Positions 58,127 through 64,000 of a stretch of DNA of 64,000 bases are shown piece after piece. The DNA is taken from positions 79,484,001-79,548,000 of the forward strand of contig JBMRGM010000036.1 of the NCBI GenBank assembly GCA_052327205.1, written 5' to 3'. Each line of letters begins with the position of its first letter. Within the stretch, counting starts at the first letter, position 1. Both the position numbers and the translations under genes were made by a program. Source of the stretch: Somniosus microcephalus (Eukaryota). Under the pieces are notes generated by a model. That model searched no databases and was not told the origin of the DNA. It saw nothing but the letters and a program-made list of their open reading frames with translations.

Positions 58127-59792
58127 AATAACAACAGAAAACGCTGGAAATACTCAGCAGGCCGGGCAGCATCCGTGGAGGGAGAAACAGAGTTAACGTT
58201 TCAGGTCTGGGACCCTTCATCAGAACTGGAAAAAGCTGGAGATGTAACAGATATTAAGCAGGTGCTGAGACAGGGGGGGCGGGTTTAGGAGGGGAGGAAG
58301 GAATTGAAGGAACATACTGTACTTTTGTAAGAGACAGGAAAGATAAAATGTTGCAAAAGGGAATGGCAAAAATCAGACAGCATGAAAAATGGGGGCCGAG
58401 GTTATGATCTGAAATTGTTGAACTCAATGTTGAGTCCGGCAGGCTGTAAAGTGCCCAATCGAAAGATGAGGTGCTGTTCCTCGAGCTTATGTTGAGCTTC
58501 ATTAGAACAATGTAATAGGCCGAGGACAGAGAGATCAGAGTGGGAGTGAAGCGGAGAATTAAAGTGACAGGCGACCGGAAGCTCAGGGTCACCCTTACAG
58601 ACTGAATGGAGGTGTTCCGCAAAGCGGTCGCCCAATCTGTGTTTGGTCTCCCCAATGTAGAGGAGACCGCATCGTGAGCAGCGAATACAGTATATTAAAT
58701 TGCAAGAAGTACAAGTAAATCGCTGTTTCACCTGGAAGGGGTGTTTGGGGCCCTGGACAGTGGGAAGGGAGGAGGTAAAAGGGCATGTGTTGCATCTCCT
58801 CCGCTTGCACGGGAAGGTGCCAGGTGAAGGAGCAGGGCTGTTAGGGGTGATTGAGGAGTGGACTAGGGTGTCGCGGAGGGAGCGGTCCCTTCGGAATGCT
58901 GAAAGGGGAGGTGAGGGGAAGATGTGTTTGGTGGTGGGATCACGTTGGAGGTGGCGGAAATGGCGGAGGATGATCCGTTGAATGTGGAGGCTGGTGGGGT
59001 GAAAGGTGAGGACAAGGGGAACCCTATCGTGGTTCTGGGAGGGAGGGGCAGGGGTGAGGGCAGAAGTGCGGGAGATAGAACGGACACGGTCAAGGGCCGT
59101 GTCAACCACAGTAGAGGGGAATCCTCGGTTGAGAAAAAAGGAAGACATGTCGGAAGCACTGGTATGGAAGGTGGCATCGTCAGAACAGACGCGGCGGAGA
59201 CGGAGAAACTGGGAGAATGGAATAGAGTCCTTACAGGAAGCGGGGTGGGAGGAAGTGTAGTCCAGGTAGCTGTGGGAGTCAGTGGGCTTGTAGTGGATGT
59301 TTGTCGAAAGTCGATCACCAGAAATGGAGACGGAGAAGTCAAGGAAGGGAAGGGAAGAGTCGGAGATGGACCATGTGAAGGTGAGGGAAGGGTGGAAATT
59401 GGAAGTAAAGTGAATGAACTTATCAAGTTCAGGGCGAGAGCAGGAGACGGCACCGATACAGTCATCAATATACCGGAAAAAGAGGTGAGGGAGGGGACCT
59501 GAGTAGGACTGAAACAAAGAATGTTCCACATATCCCATGAACAGGCAGGCATAGCTAGGGCCCATGCGGGTTCCCATAGCAACACCTTTAATTTGGAGGA
59601 AGTGAGTGGAGTCAAAGGAGAAGCTGTTCAATGTGAGAACAAGTTCAGCCAGGCGGAGGAGGGTGGTGATGGATGGGGACTGGTTGGGCCTCTGTTCAAG
59701 GAAGAAGTGGAGCGACCTCAGGCTATCCTGGTGGGGGATGGAGGTGTAGAGGGATTGGACGTCCATGGTGAAAAGGAGACGGTTGGGGCTAA
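58127..59792 (-). mobile_element. Penelope-like retroelement, 5'-truncated, RT + GIY-YIG endonuclease
   Basis: [41 protein letters not shown]; 10-bp TSD ATATATTACA (58117-58126, 59793-59802). Confidence 0.95.
58191..58227 (-). ncRNA. minimal type I hammerhead ribozyme in the Penelope terminal region
   Basis: AGTT-CTGATGA-AGGGTC CCA GACCT-GAAAC-GTT-AACT: core boxes, stem I AGTT/AACT, stem II, palindromic stem III. Confidence 0.7.
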
Positions 59793-60999
59793 ATATATTA
59801 CATTTGGTCCCCTCATCCAAATCATTGATATAAATTGTAAATAGCTGAGGCCCAAGCACTGATCCTTGCGGTACCCCACTAGTTATAGCCTGCCAACCCG
59901 AAAATGGCCCGTTTATTCCTACTCTCTGTTTTCTGTCCATTAACCAATCCTCAGTCCGTGCTAGTATATTACCCCCAATCCCATGAGCCCTAATTTTGTT
60001 TAATAACCTCTTGTGTGGCAAATGCCTTCTGAAAATCCAAATACACCACATCCACTGGTTCCCCCTTATCGATTCTGCCAGTTACAACTTCAAAAAACCC
60101 TGTTACCACGTCCTTAATAATAGATTCTAGCATTTTCCCTACTACTGATGTCAGGCTAACTGGTCTGTAGTTCCCAGTTTTCTCTCTCCCTCCTTTCTTA
60201 AATAGTGGGGTTACATTTGCTACCTTCTAATCCATGGGAACCGTTCTAGAATCTATGGAATTTTGGAAAATGACAACCAATGCATCCACTATCTCTATAG
60301 CCACCTCTTTCAAAACTCTAGGATGTAGGCCATCAGGTCCAGGGGATTTATCGGCTTTCAGTCCCATTAATTTCTCCAGTACTATTTTTTTACTAATTTC
60401 TTTCAGTTCCTCATTCTCGCTACAGCCTTGGATCGCCACTATTTCCAGGAAGCTTTTTGCATCTTCTTCCGTGAGGACAGACACAAAGGGGCAGAAATTC
60501 GGTTGTTAGCGCCACCGATTAACGCCTAAAGAGGCCGAGAAGTGGGGCGCTAGCCAATTTCCGGGCGGGCGCAGGGCGCCTAGCGCCTCGCCCCATATTG
60601 AGCATGCATTTAGCGCCGGCGCTAAATCTTAGTGCCCGCTCATGGGCGCAGGCTGATTATGACGTCATTTGAGTGTGCAACGCCTTTTGGGCGCCCCGGA
60701 CCAGAAATTCAGTGGCGCCCCCCTCCGTAGCGCCTGTCGCTAATAGTGACAGCTTACCTGGAACCTTACCAAGTCACTCTCGGGCTGGAGGAGCGTTATT
60801 TAAAGGGGACTGGTGTGGTTTAAATGCGGCAGCCATTTTTGGAGCACAACTTCCTCGAGAGCTACAAAGAGTTGCTGAGCTGCACACTGAGAGCCATTTG
60901 ACCACTGAGCCAATGTAGGCAGATGATCTTCAGCCTTCTGACCATCACCTTGCTGTTGGTGAGCCTTGACAACGGGGAACCTTCCTGTGGGCACTTATT

Positions 61000-61345
61000 A
61001 TGGGGGCTGCATTGGAGGGGAACGTCCTGCTGCTGAATCATCTGGAAAGGGCACTGAGGCGCTGGGAGAGGGGGGCGGGCATGGCCAGACGGAGGAGGGC
61101 CAACAGACGTCGCCACAGCAGACCTTACGCTGGCAGGGTTTTCCGACAGCAGTTTTCCTACATGAACATGCCGGAGGAGCAGTGTGTCAGAAGGCTGCAA
61201 TTTAGAAAGGAGGTGGTGACTGAGCTGTGCCAGCTGCTTCAGCCAGATCTGGAGCCTCAGATAAGGTGCAGGACATCTCTGTCGGTGGCTGAGAAGATGC
61301 CTGCTGGCCTGAACTTCTACGCGAGTGGCTCCTCTCAGGCTGCGC
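61000..61345 (+). pseudogene. Harbinger transposase N-terminal remnant
   Basis: RVFR..YMNMPEEQCVRRLQF..LSVAEK..LNFYASGS resembles the HARBI1-like N-terminus. Confidence 0.8.
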
Positions 61346-61624
61346 GTCAGAGGCTGATCAGAAGTAGCTTCTAGGCCCCTCTCATGGAATGCTTGCTGCC
61401 ATTCCAAGAACAGGAATGGAACCGGTCTGATACCCCCAAGCCTGTGAAGGGCAAGATGCATGTAAATAGCAGGCATGGCCATTGTAAATGAAGAAAGTGT
61501 TTCATTACACAAAATGTGGTTCCTTCAAACATGAGAAAGCTATGGCAACAGAAAGCAAAACTAATACACTGACACATAACTGCCTCTCACACCCGGGAGA
61601 CTGTCCAAAACATAAATCACATTC

Positions 61625-61718
61625 CGACCATCTTCCTTGGCCTTGATTCCACTGCGCCAACCAAAGCATCCAATGCCCCATCAGTGAGGCGTTCCGCCCT
61701 CTGCCTCACCCTTTCCAT
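61625..61718 (-). pseudogene. Harbinger Myb/SANT-like ORF N-terminal remnant
   Basis: MERVRQRAERLTDGALDALVGAVESR, convergent to the transposase. Confidence 0.5.
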
Positions 61719-64000
61719 GTCTTGCTAGGCTGGTGCGCCACAGGTAGGCTCCCACCGCTTTGAAGGCCTACAAGGCAGTGAGTGTGTCTGGTGATGCCGA
61801 TTGACCTGCCCCTTTAAGAGCTGGCCGGCGCCAGTGTGTCTCAGGGAAAGTGATTATTGACAGCACCTTCGCTGTGCCCCGCCGCCGCGAAATTGGGTTG
61901 CGCCGCCGGGTTGGCGCCTTAAGAATAGCGTGCAGTGCCTGATTTAGCGCCGCAATCACATTTAGGGGCGCTGCAACCCAATATCGCGCTAGGTGGCGTT
62001 AAATTGCGCCTGGCGCTAAACTTTGCGCATCGCCAGGACTAGCACCCCAAATGCAGCTATACCAAATTTCTAGGCCAAAGTATTTGTTTAATTTCTGTGC
62101 CATTTCCTTATTCCCCATTATAATTTCTCCTGTCTCAGCCTGTAAGGGACCCACATTTACTTTCACTAATCTTTTCCTTTTTACTTACCTATAGAAGCTT
62201 TTGCAATCTGTTTTTATGTCTCTCGCTAGATTACTCTCAAATTCTATTTTCCCTTTCTTTATCAATTTCTTGGTCCTCCTTTGCTGAATTCTAAAATCCT
62301 CCCAATCCTCAGGCTTACTACTCTTTTTGGCAACATTATAAGCCTCTTCATTTGATCTAATACTATCTTTAACTTCTCTTGTTAGCCACTGTTGGACCAC
62401 TTTTCCTGTGGGGTTTTTGTGCCTTAAAGGAATGTATATTTGTTGTAAATTATGTATTAATTCTTTAAATGCTAGCCATTGCTTGTCTACTGTCATACCT
62501 TTTAATGTAGTTTCCCAATCTACCTTAGCCAACTCGCCCCTCATACCTGCATAGTTTGCTTTGTTTAGATTTAAGACCCTAGTTTCGGATTTAACTAAAT
62601 CACTTTCAAACTCAATATAAAATTCTATCATATTATGGTCACTCTTCCCTAAAGGCCCCTTTAGTACGAGGTTATTAATTAACCCTTTCTCATTGCACAA
62701 TACTAGATCTAAAATAGCCTGTTGGCTAGTTGATTCCTCAACATACTGATCTAGAAAACTATCTTGCATACATTCCATGAATTCGTCCTCCACACTATTA
62801 CAGCAAATTTGCTTTGCCCAGTATATATGTAGATTAAAGTCCCCCATGATTACTGTATTACCCTTGTTACATGCGCCTCTAATTTCCTGATTTATACTCT
62901 GCCCTACATTACAACTACTGTTTGGGGGCCTATAAACAACTCCCACCAATGTTGTCCGCCCCTTGCTGTTTCTTAGCTCCACCCAAACTGATTCTACTTC
63001 TTGATTTTCGGAGCTAAGATCCTTTCTCTCTACTGTCTTTACCCCATCCTTTATTATCAGGGCTACCCCTCCTCCTTTTCCATTTAGCCGATCTCTTCTA
63101 AAAGTTAAGTATCCTGGAATATTTAGTTCCCAACCTTGGCCACTTTGCAACCATGTCTTCGTTATGGCTATTAGATCAAACCTGTTCATTTCTATCTGCA
63201 CTATTAATTCATCTATTTTGTTGTGAATGCTTCGCACATTCAGATATAGTGCCTTTAGCTTTGACTTATTTCTCTTTTTTCCTGATGTCACCTTAGTCAC
63301 TGATGCCCTATGACCTTTGTTACTCTCTCTGACTCCTCCCTGACCCACTCTGCTTATTTTTACACAAAACTCTACTCTGCTCTAGAGCCTTGACATTTCA
63401 CTCACTGCTTTTAAATTTACTCTTTCCTGAATCCTCCCACCCCCCTTCATTAGTTTAAAGCCCTGTCTACTGCCCTAGTTATTCGGGTCGCCAGGACACT
63501 GGTTCCAGCCCGGTTTAAGTGGAGCCCGTCCCAACGGAACAGCTCCCTCTTTCCCCAGTCCTGGTGCCAGTGCCCCATGAACTGAAACCCCTTCCTCCCA
63601 CACCCCTCTTTGAGCCACGCATTTAAACCTCTGATCTGTTTGTCCCTATGTTAATTTGCGCGAGGCTCAGGTAACAATCCAGAGATTATTACCTTTGAGG
63701 TTCTGCTTTTTAATTTGGATCCTAGCTCCTCAAACTGCCTCAGCAGAACCTCATTCCTAGTTCTACCTATGTTGTTGGTTCCTACGTGGACCAAGACAAC
63801 TGGATCCTCCCCCTCCCACTCCCAAGTTCTTCTCCAGCCGCGAGGAGATGTCTTTAACCCTGGCACCGGGCAGGCAACGCAATCTTCGGAACTCTCGGTC
63901 GGGGCTGCAGAGAACAGTATCTATCCCCCTGACTATACTGTCCCCTACCACAACTACATTCCCTTTCACTCCCCCCACTTGAATGGCCTTCTGCACCATG

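Larger units (their letters stand above)
60488..62076. mobile_element. PIF/Harbinger DNA transposon, internally deleted
   Basis: Imperfect TIRs GGGGCAGAAATTCGGT / GGCCTAGAAATTTGGT, 3-bp duplication AAA, CR1 target GACACAAAGTATTTG restored on removal; many subterminal TAGCGCC motifs. Confidence 0.85.
57183..64000 (-). mobile_element. CR1 LINE 'D' (esterase ORF1 remnant 63450-64000, ORF2 APE 62185-63348, RT remnants), interrupted by Penelope and Harbinger insertions; runs off the window
   Basis: GDSIVRG/GTNN, YLNVRS/MGDFN/SDH, PGPDG, TTCTTATG tail. Confidence 0.92.

Overview
Vertebrate genomic DNA, almost certainly from a cartilaginous fish: it carries esterase-ORF1 CR1 LINEs, V-SINE and Deu-SINE families and shark-type minisatellites. 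Most of the window is transposon-derived. Three host genes are visible: (i) the 3' exons of an unidentified + strand gene (611-780, 1220-1409, 24891-24971, 32765-32865, plus five candidate 66-nt repeat exons), (ii) a complete 4-exon MAP1LC3C-like autophagy gene on the - strand (34507-40384, 128 aa), and (iii) the first coding exon of a Dapper/DACT gene on the + strand (50263-50511). Four long CR1 elements, nested CR1, L2, RTE, RTEX-like and Penelope insertions, a Harbinger derivative and a Tc1/mariner MITE fill the rest. The main observation concerns the three CR1 elements whose 5' ends are visible. Each has a 5' UTR built from tandem TATA-box-containing monomers (68 bp x ~49, 57 bp x ~59, ~206 bp x ~1.2), and each element begins ~30-35 nt downstream of where a missing TATA box would sit. 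This suggests an expendable, self-renewing promoter array, with splice donors and an acceptor just before ORF1 that could remove the array from the mRNA. All calls were made by eye; no database searches were run.
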